A stretch of DNA of 64,000 bases from a bacterium (GCA_037200965.1 JBBCGK010000001.1:224001-288000); one strand, 5' to 3'; counted from the stretch's first letter, positions 1 to 10,019 are shown. A program made the numbers and translations. Notes: generated by a model from the sequence alone, not told the origin.

Positions 1-166
1 TCTGGGTATGTGCCATATCCAGAGAGTGTGGAACCCAAAAGAGCTGTTGCAATTAGCCTGCAAACTTTGTTGCGATTAGGGTGGGGATTCACCGCCCTGA
101 GATTGATTTTTCCCCTGGACGGGGTATACCTAGAGACTGAATCGTTCCCAACAGGAAGGACACCCC

Positions 167-469
167 ATGTCTCTGCCTACTGCCGGACAAAAGCAGGCGG
201 CGCTCATCTGCGGCTTCACCGGTCTTGTCGCGGGAACCATGCTCGCCGTGTGGTTTACGCAGGCCGACTGGGCCGCATACCAGTATCCCGCGCTTTCCAA
301 AACGGCTCTGATATCCGGCGCGCTCTTTTCGTTTGCGGTTACGGGAATCTGTACGACGCTCGCTTCCGGAAACGCGAAACTGACGAGCCGTTTCTGCAGC
401 CTCGCATGCATACCGGCGCTCGGGCTCGCCATATCCGCCGGCTGGAATTTCTTTCTGACAGCCCACTGA
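167..469 (+). CDS. hypothetical small membrane protein (about 3-4 TM helices)
   Basis: 100-aa ORF, hydrophobic segments, AGGAAGG Shine-Dalgarno-like motif about 8 nt upstream of ATG; no recognisable family. Confidence 0.4.
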   Translation: MSLPTAGQKQAALICGFTGLVAGTMLAVWFTQADWAAYQYPALSKTALISGALFSFAVTGICTTLASGNAKLTSRFCSLACIPALGLAISAGWNFFLTAH

Positions 470-544
470 CGGGCGCGCCGACGGCATTTCGCCGCACTCT
501 CCGGAGAGTGCGGCGATTCGTTTCATTTCCCTTGACGCACAGGG

Positions 545-1147
545 TTATGCTTCCTTCCTATTCTGCAGCGCGCCCGACAGGGTAGCGGCGTCGGAATACT
601 CGAGTTCGGAGCCGGTCGCAAGTCCGCGGCCAAGTATCGTGAGGCGAAGGGCATCCCGAAAAGGGGCGAGAAGTTCGCGCACGCGGTCCGCCGTATGCTC
701 TCCTTCGCTCGTCGCCGAAAGGGCGAGCACTATTTCCGAAAGGCCGCCCTTCGCCCGCACCCCGATCGTGCGCACCAGCTCCTTCTCCCGTATGGCTCCT
801 TTGCCCGAAAGCGTAAGCACGCCGCCAAGAACGAAATACCGGCCCTTATAGGAGCCCGATCGCTCGACGGCAGCGAGGTCCTGGTCTTTTTCGACGAGCA
901 TTAACACAGAGCCATCGCGGGACGATTCGCTGCAGAAATTGCACAGATTCCCTTGCCCGCTCCAGAAGCGATAGCAGGAAGAACACTGGCGCACGTCGTC
1001 CCCGAGCTGCCTGATGAGCTCGGCCATCTTCGCGCGCTCCGCGCCGCCCTGCGCGAGAAGACTGAACACGAAACGCTTGGCTTGTCTCGGACCTATGCCC
1101 GGCAGCCGCTCGAACGCCCTGGCCAATTCTTCGACTCGGTCGATCAT
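545..1147 (-). CDS. recR: recombination protein RecR
   Basis: 200 aa; N-terminal HhH, C4 zinc finger (CSSCYRF...CNFC), Toprim-like C-terminal region; abuts dnaB stop. Confidence 0.9.
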   Translation of the reverse strand: MIDRVEELARAFERLPGIGPRQAKRFVFSLLAQGGAERAKMAELIRQLGDDVRQCSSCYRFWSGQGNLCNFCSESSRDGSVLMLVEKDQDLAAVERSGSYKGRYFVLGGVLTLSGKGAIREKELVRTIGVRAKGGLSEIVLALSATSEGEHTADRVRELLAPFRDALRLTILGRGLATGSELEYSDAATLSGALQNRKEA

Positions 1148-1149
1148 GC

Positions 1150-3786
1150 TTAAAACTCGCTCGCAAGTTCGCCGTACCCCGACTTGTCGACCGGCATGTA
1201 GCTCGTGCGCTTCTCGTCGAAATAGAGCTCAGCCTTGCCGGTCGGCCCGTTTCGGTGCTTCTCGATAAGGATCTCGGCGATGTTCGGGCGGTCGCTCTCC
1301 TTGTTCGCCTTGTCGTCGCGATGGATGAACATCACGACGTCGGCATCCTGCTCGATGCTGTTATGCACGATGACATCATTTGCGACGAAATTATGGGTTC
1401 CGGGAACCGTCGCGTCATATACTTCTTCCATACCACGCGGAGCAATGGAAGATACTTCGTCCCAATACACGTCCGATTCGGCAAGATGCATGAGCCTCTG
1501 GCTTTTAAGCGCCGCGGCGATTTTCGCGAGGCGGGGACGGGACACGCCCGTGGCCGTGAGCGCGGAGCCGTTATAGGAAACCTGAAGCTCCCCGGCCACG
1601 TCGCGCCAGCTCATGCCAGCCGCCTTCTTTTCATCAGTTACGAACAGACCCCATACTTCCTGTGGAATAGTGTCGGTGTTCGGTATGGGAGCTATCCCGG
1701 CGAGCGCTTTCCGAAGATCCTTCACGACGGCCCCCCTGGCCCCGTACGAGCCGACCAGATCAAGGAACCGCTCTTGCACCGGGGTGCTTTGCACGCGGAC
1801 GTGATAGCACGTGCGGTACCCCTTTGTATTCGGCACGTCCGTAACGGTGCTCCAAATACCGAGGCGCAAAAGAAGATGCTGGACGTCTTCCGCGAGTCCC
1901 CGGCTTGTCGTTGCGTAGTAGATTGCGGCGGCCTTGCGGCGGCCGGGAAGAATCTTCCACGAGATATTGCCGTCCGTCGCCCAGAGGTGATGGAGGAACA
2001 GCTGGATCGACATGCTGCCGGACGCGAAGACTGACTGCGGAATGCGCTTTTCGTACGAGCGGACGGGTTCGAGACCAAGCGAACGATACCAGTTGGTAAC
2101 AGGGTGATGCCTGCCGTGCGTGAGGCCGTACGGGGAAGGGAGGTACGAATGCCACCAATTCTTCTGCCTGATGCGGCGCGGAACGATACCGAACAGTTCC
2201 TTCGCCGCATTCTCGACCGCGTCGAGATTCTTCGGATCGGCGCTGGTGTAGTGGACAGGCTGGCGGGGAAGAACGCAGCCGTCGCCGAGGAGATGCGCCA
2301 AAAGGACGATTTCGTGTACGGAAAGGCGGCTCATCGGCTCGGTCGCGGTGAGAAGCCGCGGCGTCGCGAGCCGGTCGCCCTCGGAGAGGGCGTCGAGGCG
2401 TTGCCATCCGGCCATGGTGAGGAACTGGTGGTTGCCGGATGCTTTGATCTTTTTGCCGCTCCGGAGCGTCATTTCAAATACCTGCTTTTTTCCGCTCGGG
2501 AATATCTTCGCGGCAAGCATCGGGCGCAGATGGTATGCGGCATCCATAGAAACGATCGGCACGTTCGTCCGGCCGACAAGCTCCCTGATCGGCACGCGCT
2601 CGCCGGTGTCGGCTCGCTGCACGAGCGTGTCGCCCGTAAGGCAGCCGGAGTCGCGAAGATCGGAAAGGCGGGGCTTGCCGCCGCGCTGCTCGACCGCCCT
2701 CGAGAGCTGCGAAAGCGCAAGCACGGGAACGTTTAGCTCGCGGGCAAGTCCCTTAAGCGACCGCGAGATTTCCGTGACCTGCTGCACCATCGAGTCGGAA
2801 TTCCGGGTATTGGTCGGCGCCATGAGCTGGAGATAGTCGACGATGAGGAGGCCGATGCCGTGCTCGCGCTTTAGCCTTCTTGCGACCGCGCGCATGGCGA
2901 GGATATTGTTGCCCGGCATGTCGTCGATATAAATAGGGGCCTTGGAGAGTGTCTCAAGCGCGTCACGGATGCGGTTGAAATCCTCCTCCGCGTGCACCGC
3001 GCCGGTACGGAGCTTCCAGGAATTCACGAACGACTCGGCCGAGAGCATGCGGTCGACGATCTGCTCCGCGCTCATCTCGAGCGTGAAGATGCCGACCGGG
3101 ACGTTGTGGCGCACAGCGGCGTTCCGCGCGATATCGAGAGCAAGCGATGTCTTTCCGACCGACGGGCGGGCGGCGAGGATGATGAGGTCCGAAGGATGGA
3201 GGCCCGAGAGCAGGTTGTCGAGATCGGGGAAACCGGTCGGGACGCCGCGGATGCCGCCGCCATCTTTGCTGTGCGCCTCGATGCGCTCCCACGCATTCAC
3301 GAGCTTGTCTCCGATCGGAATGAACTTGTGTGCGGCCGAGGCGTTGCCGATCGCGTAGATCATCTTCTCCGCCTCGTCGAGCACTTCGGGCGTGTCGCGC
3401 GATTCGTCGTATGCGGACTCGGTGATCTGGTACGACGCGTCGATAAGGGAGCGCATGGTGTGCTTCCTTGCGACAAGGTCGGCGTAGTGCGCGAAGTTGC
3501 CGGGGGTAGGGGAGCTCCCGGCGAGTTCGGAGAGATAGCTCCTGCCGCCCGCGCGCTCGATGAGTCCCTTGTCCTCAAGGCGCACCCCGAGCGTCAGCTG
3601 GTCGATGGGTTCCCCGCGGTGCGACAACTCCTGCATCGCCTCGAAGATGTGCCGGTGCTTCTCCGCATAAAAAGACTCCGCCTTAATAAGATCCGCGACG
3701 TCGTGTATCGCGTCGGGCTTGAGAAGCAGGGCGCCAAGAAGCGCGCGCTCGGACTCGAGATTCTGGGGAGGGACGCGGTCGGACAT
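1150..3786 (-). CDS. dnaB: replicative DNA helicase DnaB, intein-containing
   Basis: 878 aa; DnaB N-terminal domain, Walker A (ARPSVGKTS), extein junction LSDLRDSG | C...HN | SIEQDADVV typical of DnaB inteins. Confidence 0.9.
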   Translation of the reverse strand: MSDRVPPQNLESERALLGALLLKPDAIHDVADLIKAESFYAEKHRHIFEAMQELSHRGEPIDQLTLGVRLEDKGLIERAGGRSYLSELAGSSPTPGNFAHYADLVARKHTMRSLIDASYQITESAYDESRDTPEVLDEAEKMIYAIGNASAAHKFIPIGDKLVNAWERIEAHSKDGGGIRGVPTGFPDLDNLLSGLHPSDLIILAARPSVGKTSLALDIARNAAVRHNVPVGIFTLEMSAEQIVDRMLSAESFVNSWKLRTGAVHAEEDFNRIRDALETLSKAPIYIDDMPGNNILAMRAVARRLKREHGIGLLIVDYLQLMAPTNTRNSDSMVQQVTEISRSLKGLARELNVPVLALSQLSRAVEQRGGKPRLSDLRDSGCLTGDTLVQRADTGERVPIRELVGRTNVPIVSMDAAYHLRPMLAAKIFPSGKKQVFEMTLRSGKKIKASGNHQFLTMAGWQRLDALSEGDRLATPRLLTATEPMSRLSVHEIVLLAHLLGDGCVLPRQPVHYTSADPKNLDAVENAAKELFGIVPRRIRQKNWWHSYLPSPYGLTHGRHHPVTNWYRSLGLEPVRSYEKRIPQSVFASGSMSIQLFLHHLWATDGNISWKILPGRRKAAAIYYATTSRGLAEDVQHLLLRLGIWSTVTDVPNTKGYRTCYHVRVQSTPVQERFLDLVGSYGARGAVVKDLRKALAGIAPIPNTDTIPQEVWGLFVTDEKKAAGMSWRDVAGELQVSYNGSALTATGVSRPRLAKIAAALKSQRLMHLAESDVYWDEVSSIAPRGMEEVYDATVPGTHNFVANDVIVHNSIEQDADVVMFIHRDDKANKESDRPNIAEILIEKHRNGPTGKAELYFDEKRTSYMPVDKSGYGELASEF
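1360..2643 (-). mobile_element. DnaB intein with LAGLIDADG homing-endonuclease domain (aa 382-809 of DnaB)
   Basis: N-terminal splice residue Cys in CLTGDTLV, C-terminal VIVHN followed by +1 Ser; LAGLIDADG-like block LLAHLLGDGCV; 428 aa insertion at the conserved DnaB intein site. Confidence 0.8.
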
Positions 3787-3799
3787 TCCCCCTATCTTA

Positions 3800-5254
3800 T
3801 CACTCGGGCCTTTTGGTCAACAGCGTGCCTTCCGGCCCGTCATCCACACGATATCCCCTGTTTTCGAGTTCCGTCCGAAGCTCGTCCGCGCGTTCGAAAT
3901 CCTTCGCTTTGCGGGCCTCGTCCCGCCCGGAAAGGAGTTCCCGGACTTCCTCCGGAAGCTCCGCGGGCGGGAGATCCGCCGCCTCCGCCGCCCGAAGCCC
4001 GAGCAGGGCATCGGCATCCTTGAGGAGTCCCCATTTCTCCTCGGCGGAATAGTCGTCATCCCTGAGCGTCTCCCAGAGAATGCCGAGCGCCTGGGGAGTC
4101 GCAAGATCGTCGTACATCGCCGCGACGAAACGGTCGCGGGCTTCCGACTTTTCCGTCTTTCCTTTGGATTCTTCCGCTACCTCGCGCGCGATCCGCCCGA
4201 GGCGCCCGAGCGCTTCGGCGGCCCCGGCGAGCGCCTCCCAGGAGAAGGAGAGCTGGGTGCGATAGTGCGCCTGATGGAAAAAATACCGGAGCGCGAGCGG
4301 AGGATAGCCGCGTTCGGTTACGTCGGAGAGAAGGTAGGTGTTGCCGAGCGATTTCGAAATCTTTTCGCCCGCGATCATGAGGTGCGCGTTATGAAGCCAG
4401 TACCTGACGAACGTGCGGCCGCTCGCTCCTTCCGACTGCGCGATCTCGTTGTTGTGGTGCACGGGGATGTGCTCGATGCCGCCCGAGTGCACGTCGATCT
4501 CGATACCGAGGAGCGCCCGCGACATGGCGGAACATTCGATGCTCCACCCCGGATTTCCGCGGCCCCAGGGAGAATCCCATTGTTGCAGATCGCGCGCGGT
4601 CGCGCTTCGCCACAGCACGAAATCATGCGGGTTCTTTTTTCCGGCGACCGCCTTCACGCGCGCGCCCTCCCTGAGTTCCACGGCCATGATATTGCCGAGC
4701 GCGCCGTAGCGGGAGAATTTCTCCGTATCGAAATAGGCGCCGTCGGCAAGCCTATAGACGAGGCCTTTTTGTTCGAGCGTCTGGATCATCGCGATCTGCT
4801 CCTTTATGTATTCGGTCGCCCGCGGAAAGAAAATATGCCCGGTATCGACATTGAGCGCCCGGATATCCCCGAGATACCGCTTGGTATAGCGCTCGGCGAC
4901 TTCGGCGGGAGAAACCCTGTCTCGCCTGGCGCCCACGCTCATCTTGTCTTCGCCAAGATCGGCGTCGTCGACGAGGTGCCCGACATCCGTGATATTGATG
5001 ACGCGGCGGACATGATACCCGGCAAAAAGAAGCGTGCGGCCGATGGTGTCGGCGAACACGGCAGCCCGAAGGTTTCCGATATGCTGCGGGCCGTATACGG
5101 TAGGACCGCACGAATAGAGGCTTGCGGTGCCGGGCTTAAGCGGAACGAAGCGCTCTTTCTTTCCGGAAAGGGTGTTGGTGAAGAAGATATTCGCTTCCTG
5201 AGGAGAGCGCGTGTTCGTGTCTTTCGCGGGCGAGAAGAAGGAAAACCACGCCAT
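3800..5254 (-). CDS. cysS: cysteinyl-tRNA synthetase
   Basis: 484 aa; class I HIGN-like (GPTVYGPQHIGN) and KMSKS (KISKSLGN) motifs, CysRS-specific Zn-site cysteines. Confidence 0.9.
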   Translation of the reverse strand: MAWFSFFSPAKDTNTRSPQEANIFFTNTLSGKKERFVPLKPGTASLYSCGPTVYGPQHIGNLRAAVFADTIGRTLLFAGYHVRRVINITDVGHLVDDADLGEDKMSVGARRDRVSPAEVAERYTKRYLGDIRALNVDTGHIFFPRATEYIKEQIAMIQTLEQKGLVYRLADGAYFDTEKFSRYGALGNIMAVELREGARVKAVAGKKNPHDFVLWRSATARDLQQWDSPWGRGNPGWSIECSAMSRALLGIEIDVHSGGIEHIPVHHNNEIAQSEGASGRTFVRYWLHNAHLMIAGEKISKSLGNTYLLSDVTERGYPPLALRYFFHQAHYRTQLSFSWEALAGAAEALGRLGRIAREVAEESKGKTEKSEARDRFVAAMYDDLATPQALGILWETLRDDDYSAEEKWGLLKDADALLGLRAAEAADLPPAELPEEVRELLSGRDEARKAKDFERADELRTELENRGYRVDDGPEGTLLTKRPE

Positions 5255-5258
5255 TTGT

Positions 5259-6173
5259 TTAGAGCCAGCGCTTGCGGACGACGAAGAGCGCGAGGAGGCC
5301 GGACAGGAGAAGCATGATGCCGATCACGATCCAGAAGTCGTACGGCTCGCCGATGATAGGTGTGTCGCGCATGTTCATCTGGAAGAGCGCCGCTACAAGG
5401 GTCAAAGGAAGCGTGATGAACGCCATGATGGTGAGCGTCTTCATGATTTCGTTCTGGGCGGCGGTGAGGAGAGCCATGTTGTTTTCCCGCAGTTCGGTCG
5501 CGGTTGCGCGATAGGTCGAGACGAGATGCGAAATACGCGCACGTTCGGCAAGAATACGCTTCTCGCGTACGCAAAAGCCGCTGCCGAAAAAGCCCGGGAG
5601 CGCGAGCGTCTCGAGGAATGTTTCGAGCGGCTGCTCTTCGCGGGTGAGAAGGTTCTCGAAGTGGAGGAATTCGCGTCCGACCTCCGCGATCGGGCGGACC
5701 ATGAGCGCTTCGTCGCCGCGCGCGATCTCACGCTCGATGCGCACCAGCGTTCCCGCCGCGCGCGCGACTTCGCTCCTGACCGATCCGTAGAGGCGGTAGA
5801 GGACAAGCTCGAGAAGCGCGTCCGCCTTGGCTTCGCCTCCGACTCCGAGAAGCTCTTCCGTCTCGAAATCCTTGTTTAGTTTATGGAGCGAATCGACCAC
5901 CTCATAGTGCGCGGTGATAAGGAAATCCCTGCCCACGATGATGTCGATCTCCTGGTCCTTAAGGCCCCCGCGGCTCCTTGGAGCAGGGAAGTGGAGCACC
6001 ACGAACGCGGCCTTCCCGAAGGCGGCGAACGCCGGATACGGGGTGGGCGAGGTTATCTCATTGCCGATCCGGGGGTCAAGATCGAACTCCCTGCGCACCG
6101 CCTCCGATTCTTCCTCGGTCGCGCCCTCAAGGTCGATCCACGTGACCCCGCCGCGCGTGTGCCGTGTCGTCAT
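5259..6173 (-). CDS. corA: CorA-family Mg2+/Co2+ transporter
   Basis: C-terminal two TM helices with FQMNM (GMN-like) motif; start trimmed to internal Met at 6173 (MTTRHTRGG) because the longer ORF overlaps the divergent gene. Confidence 0.75.
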   Translation of the reverse strand: MTTRHTRGGVTWIDLEGATEEESEAVRREFDLDPRIGNEITSPTPYPAFAAFGKAAFVVLHFPAPRSRGGLKDQEIDIIVGRDFLITAHYEVVDSLHKLNKDFETEELLGVGGEAKADALLELVLYRLYGSVRSEVARAAGTLVRIEREIARGDEALMVRPIAEVGREFLHFENLLTREEQPLETFLETLALPGFFGSGFCVREKRILAERARISHLVSTYRATATELRENNMALLTAAQNEIMKTLTIMAFITLPLTLVAALFQMNMRDTPIIGEPYDFWIVIGIMLLLSGLLALFVVRKRWL

Positions 6174-6220
6174 GGACAAAGTATAGCAGAGGGCCGGGCG
6201 GGTACGGTATACTGCAGGGA

Positions 6221-7498
6221 ATGGAACCTGTGGAGGATGGGCTTGAGACGGAACCGCGCGCGCGGGCCGCATACGGCGTGAGCCGCTTCGCGATAGTCGT
6301 CGCGCTCGTGGCGTTCGTGTCTTTTGGCGCCGGTATCGCGGTTGCCGGAACGAACGGCACGACGGTCAGCGTTCTCGCGAAACTCCCCTTTACCGGCGAC
6401 AACCTCGACGCCACGCCCGATCCGGATATCAACCTCACCGATTTCTGGAAGGTCTATAACACGCTCCGCGCGGAGTTCGTGCAGACGCACGCTTCGACCA
6501 CCCTTCCTACCGAAAAGGAAATCGTGTGGGGCGCGATCAAAGGCCTCACCGATTCCTACGGCGACCCGTACACCACGTTCTTCCCGCCCGAGGAAGCGAA
6601 ACTCTTTACGGACAGCATATCCGGAAGCTTCGAGGGAGTCGGCATGGAAATCGATGTCAAAGACGATGTGCTTACGGTCATCGCGCCGCTTAAGGATTCT
6701 CCCGCGCAAAAGGCAGGGGTGCTCGCAGGCGACCAGGTCGTTGCCATAGACGGAAAATCGACCGAAGGCCTTTCGACCGATGCGGCCGTGAAGCTCATCC
6801 GCGGCAAGAAAGGCACTGTCGTGACATTCTCCATCATGCGGGAAGGCAAGCCGCTTGAGATCAAGGTGACACGCGACACGATAGAAGTTCCGGAGAGCGA
6901 TACTTCGTTCGATCCGAAAACCGGCGTCTACAAGATCGCGCTCTATGAGTTCACGGCCAACTCGGACGATCTCTTTGACCGCGCATTCGCGGACTTCAAG
7001 AAGTCCGGCTCGAAGAAACTCATCATCGACCTTCGCGGGAATCCCGGAGGATACCTCGACGCGGCGGTCGATATCGCAAGCCACTTCCTTCCGAAAGGGA
7101 CGACGGTCGTAACCGAGGACCACGAAGGCAAGGGGGTGAACAATGTGCACGTGAGCATGGGCTTCAACGACCTGCCAAAAGGCACCAAAGTCGTCGTCCT
7201 TATCGACCAGGGATCCGCATCCGCATCCGAAATACTCGCGGGCGCGCTTCAGGACAATCACGTCGCGACGCTTATCGGCACGCGCTCGTTCGGCAAGGGC
7301 TCGGTGCAGCAGCTTGTGAAGGTCGGCGGAGGGTCCCTTAAGATCACCATCGCACGCTGGCTTACGCCTTCGGGCCGCTCCATTTCCGACGGGGGCCTTA
7401 CGGGCGATATCAAGGTGGACCGGACACAGGCGGACGCCGCGGCGGGGAAAGACCCGCAGATGGAGAGGGCGGTGGAGTTTTTGAGGACGGGGAAATAG
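6221..7498 (+). CDS. ctpA: carboxy-terminal processing protease (S41 family) with PDZ domain
   Basis: signal-anchor helix, PDZ-like segment, S41 catalytic region GSASASEILAGAL...GTRSFGKGSVQ; start chosen at ATG 6221 rather than the GTG at 6164. Confidence 0.85.
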   Translation: MEPVEDGLETEPRARAAYGVSRFAIVVALVAFVSFGAGIAVAGTNGTTVSVLAKLPFTGDNLDATPDPDINLTDFWKVYNTLRAEFVQTHASTTLPTEKEIVWGAIKGLTDSYGDPYTTFFPPEEAKLFTDSISGSFEGVGMEIDVKDDVLTVIAPLKDSPAQKAGVLAGDQVVAIDGKSTEGLSTDAAVKLIRGKKGTVVTFSIMREGKPLEIKVTRDTIEVPESDTSFDPKTGVYKIALYEFTANSDDLFDRAFADFKKSGSKKLIIDLRGNPGGYLDAAVDIASHFLPKGTTVVTEDHEGKGVNNVHVSMGFNDLPKGTKVVVLIDQGSASASEILAGALQDNHVATLIGTRSFGKGSVQQLVKVGGGSLKITIARWLTPSGRSISDGGLTGDIKVDRTQADAAAGKDPQMERAVEFLRTGK

Positions 7499-7550
7499 GA
7501 AGAAGCCGCCCGTTTTCTGCGGGCGGCTTTTCGGTAAGGGAGGTGGGGTG

Positions 7551-8171
7551 CTACGAAGAACTGGAAAGAATAGTGCTGACGGCTCGCACGTCCGGATCCT
7601 GGGCCCGATACTTCTTATAGAAGTGACTGAGAGCCGCTGTACGCAACCTGTCGAGTCCCCACAGCAATACGCCGAAAAGAACGAGGGCCCCTACCAGCGT
7701 CATCAACCCGCCGGTCTCGGCGATAGCCAGCCGGATGAGGCCGTCAATCGCTTCGCGGCTCGGAGCCCAGACGGCCGGAACCACGTACAAGGCGATGAAC
7801 GCGGAGATTACGATTCCCGCCGCGGGGGCTTGAGCTCGCTTCTGGAGTTCCTTTTCCCGTGCCGCAAGCGCTTCTTCCGCGAAACTCCTGACCGCCAACG
7901 CCCATTCGTGTTCTTCGAGCGCGCGGCGACTCCTCCGGTTGAAGATTCCGACAAGCCGCGCGATGGGATCATTGCCATGAGCGATCACAAAAACAAGCGG
8001 CCAATCCGTCCCCTTTTGGGCAGACGACCGAACGCTGTCCGTCACGTAGCCCATGGCGTCAGCTTTCCGCATCGCGTCACGGACTTTCGGCGGCGCATTT
8101 CGAAGATAGAGTGTCGCATCGAGACCGTAGGCCTCGAAGAGACGAGCTTCTTGATTTGACAACGGGCGCAT
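7551..8171 (-). CDS. hypothetical membrane protein
   Basis: 206-aa ORF with C-terminal hydrophobic helices; no family recognised. Confidence 0.35.
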   Translation of the reverse strand: MRPLSNQEARLFEAYGLDATLYLRNAPPKVRDAMRKADAMGYVTDSVRSSAQKGTDWPLVFVIAHGNDPIARLVGIFNRRSRRALEEHEWALAVRSFAEEALAAREKELQKRAQAPAAGIVISAFIALYVVPAVWAPSREAIDGLIRLAIAETGGLMTLVGALVLFGVLLWGLDRLRTAALSHFYKKYRAQDPDVRAVSTILSSSS

Positions 8172-8279
8172 GAGGGTTCCTTCCTGTTAAGCCGCGTCTG
8201 TGCGGGTTATACCATATCTTCCGTCCCGGCACCAAGCCGGGTTGCGCTTTGCGCTTCTGGCGGGTAGGATGGTCGCACA

Positions 8280-8723
8280 ATGAAAGTCATATTGCTTAAG
8301 GACGTGCGGAAGATGGGCAGGGCGCACGAGACGATCGAGGTGTCCGACGGGCACGCGATCAATTTCCTCATCCCGCAGAAGCTCGCGGTTGCGGCGACGC
8401 CGGACGCGGCTCGCAGAGCCGAAGGATACAAGGCGAAGGGAGCGGTCGCCAAGGAAGTGCAGACGCACCTTCTCGAGCAGAATCTCGCGACCCTGGCCGA
8501 GGCCCGCATTGTGCTCAAGATGAAAGCCAACGAGCAAGGACACCTCTATAACGCCGTCGGCGAAGACGAGATTCTCGCCGCCGTCAAAGAGCAAGCGAAC
8601 GTCGAGCTCCCCGAAGACGTTATCCGCCTTGAGAAACCCATCAAGGAGCTTGGCACCTACGACATCCCGGTCTCTGCCGGAAAGGATTTCGGGCGTTTCA
8701 ATATTGTGGTTGAGGCGGAGTAA
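8280..8723 (+). CDS. rplI: 50S ribosomal protein L9
   Basis: MKVILLKDV... N-terminus and overall L9 pattern, 147 aa. Confidence 0.9.
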   Translation: MKVILLKDVRKMGRAHETIEVSDGHAINFLIPQKLAVAATPDAARRAEGYKAKGAVAKEVQTHLLEQNLATLAEARIVLKMKANEQGHLYNAVGEDEILAAVKEQANVELPEDVIRLEKPIKELGTYDIPVSAGKDFGRFNIVVEAE

Positions 8724-8738
8724 ACAAAATCTGACTGT

Positions 8739-8765
8739 TTCAAAATCCGGCTTCCAGAGCCGGAT
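8739..8765. terminator. hairpin after rplI (AAATCCGGCTT-CCAGAG-CCGGATTT)
   Basis: perfect 9-bp stem directly downstream of rplI stop; weak U-tract. Confidence 0.35.
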
Positions 8766-8791
8766 TTCCGCGCTATGGTATACTGCACCGC

Positions 8792-9037
8792 ATGATAAAA
8801 AGCGGTACGAAAAAGAACATTTCTTTTCTTGCGGTGGAGTTCGACCGCGAAGAAGACGGCCGCTGGATCGCGGAAATTCCCAAGCTCCGGGGAGTTATGG
8901 CATATGGCGTGACACGACGGGACGCGCTCCAGAAAGTGTATGCGGTCGCGCTACGCACGCTTGCGGACGGCGTGGAGCAAGGAGCTCTCTTCACTCCGGT
9001 ATCCCGGCTCTTCGGGCATGGAGTGGCGCGCCGTTAA
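8792..9037 (+). CDS. hicB: HicB-like antitoxin (UPF0150 family)
   Basis: 81 aa, HicB/UPF0150-like core (WIAEIPKLRGVMAYGVTRRDALQKV), overlaps and precedes hicA. Confidence 0.6.
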   Translation: MIKSGTKKNISFLAVEFDREEDGRWIAEIPKLRGVMAYGVTRRDALQKVYAVALRTLADGVEQGALFTPVSRLFGHGVARR

Positions 9038-9227
9038 AGCGGGACGGGTACTTCGGGCGCTTGGCGCGGGCGGGTGGCGTATAAAGCGCCAGCGGGGATC
9101 GCACAGAATACTCGCGAAACCGGGCCATGCCGACGTTACGTTCGCGTTCCATGACCGCGAAGAAATCGGCCCGAAAATGCTTGCGAAAATCGCCAAATAC
9201 ACCGGCCTTGCGCCTGATGATTTGTAG
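9018..9227 (+). CDS. hicA: HicA-family mRNA interferase toxin
   Basis: GWRIKRQRGSHRILAKPGH...FHDREEIGPKMLAKIAKYTGL matches HicA/YcfA signature; start set at internal Met overlapping hicB by 20 nt. Confidence 0.65.
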   Translation: MEWRAVKAGRVLRALGAGGWRIKRQRGSHRILAKPGHADVTFAFHDREEIGPKMLAKIAKYTGLAPDDL

Positions 9228-9320
9228 AGAAAATTTGACGAAGCCGCTTGCGTAGTTTACCTTCAAGCCAGTCGTTCCTGCGCGAAGCGTTTGCGCAGGC
9301 CAAGACAAAAGGAGACTACG

Positions 9321-9674
9321 ATGCCGCAGGTAAAGTCCTATGCGGGACGCAACATCCGGCTCACGCCGGAACAGCTCCGGAAACTCGAAGAGGTCTATGC
9401 TCACGGCAAGGGGGGTCTCGGAGATTCATTGTCGACTGCCGAAATCGCCGCGCTCTACGAGAGCACGCGCCTGAGTCCTTCACACCACGAATGGCGCATA
9501 TGCATACAGACAAAGGTCGTCGAGTTTGACGGAAGGGACTATATGGAATTCGCCATGATCGCCCGTGAATATAGCGAGGAGAAGAGTTTATGGCTTCTTA
9601 TCTATCAGTTCTCGGGCGCGCCCGAAGATCGGGGGTTCATCGACATCGAGAGCGAAGTTCTCGCGGCCGTGTAA
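9321..9674 (+). CDS. hypothetical protein
   Basis: 118 aa from Met with AGGAG RBS 8 nt upstream; no family recognised. Confidence 0.4.
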   Translation: MPQVKSYAGRNIRLTPEQLRKLEEVYAHGKGGLGDSLSTAEIAALYESTRLSPSHHEWRICIQTKVVEFDGRDYMEFAMIAREYSEEKSLWLLIYQFSGAPEDRGFIDIESEVLAAV

Positions 9675-9691
9675 GCGAACACCGCAAAACG

Positions 9692-9720
9692 AAAAGGCCC
9701 GGAGCGATCCGGGCCTTTTG
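9692..9720. terminator. bidirectional intrinsic terminator between convergent genes
   Basis: AAAAGGCCCGG-AGCGAT-CCGGGCCTTTTG: GC stem flanked by A-tract and T-tract. Confidence 0.55.
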
Positions 9721-9727
9721 TCTTTGT

Positions 9728-10000
9728 CTAGAGCACCGAAACGACTTTCTTGCGGATGATGCTGCCGTCAAAGCGCTTCTTGCGGCGTTCGGTGAAGGCG
9801 ACGGTACCGGTCGCCATCGAGAAGAGGGTATGATCCTTGCCGACGCGCACGTTCTGTCCCGCCTCGATCTTGGTGCCGCGCTGGCGGACGATGACCATGC
9901 CCGGACGCGCCTTGGAGCCGGCCGTAAGCTTGACGCCGAGGTATTTCGGATTCGAGTCGCGCAGGTTTTTTGTCGAGCCTCCGGCTTTTGTTGATGCCAT
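9728..10000 (-). CDS. rpmA: 50S ribosomal protein L27
   Basis: [24 protein letters not shown]...IVRQRGTK...GKDHTLF canonical L27. Confidence 0.9.
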   Translation of the reverse strand: MASTKAGGSTKNLRDSNPKYLGVKLTAGSKARPGMVIVRQRGTKIEAGQNVRVGKDHTLFSMATGTVAFTERRKKRFDGSIIRKKVVSVL

Positions 10001-10019
10001 GGTGGTATAGTTTTACCCG

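Noticed and set aside
3719-5317. 532-aa plus-strand ORF
   Set aside because: Antisense to cysS.
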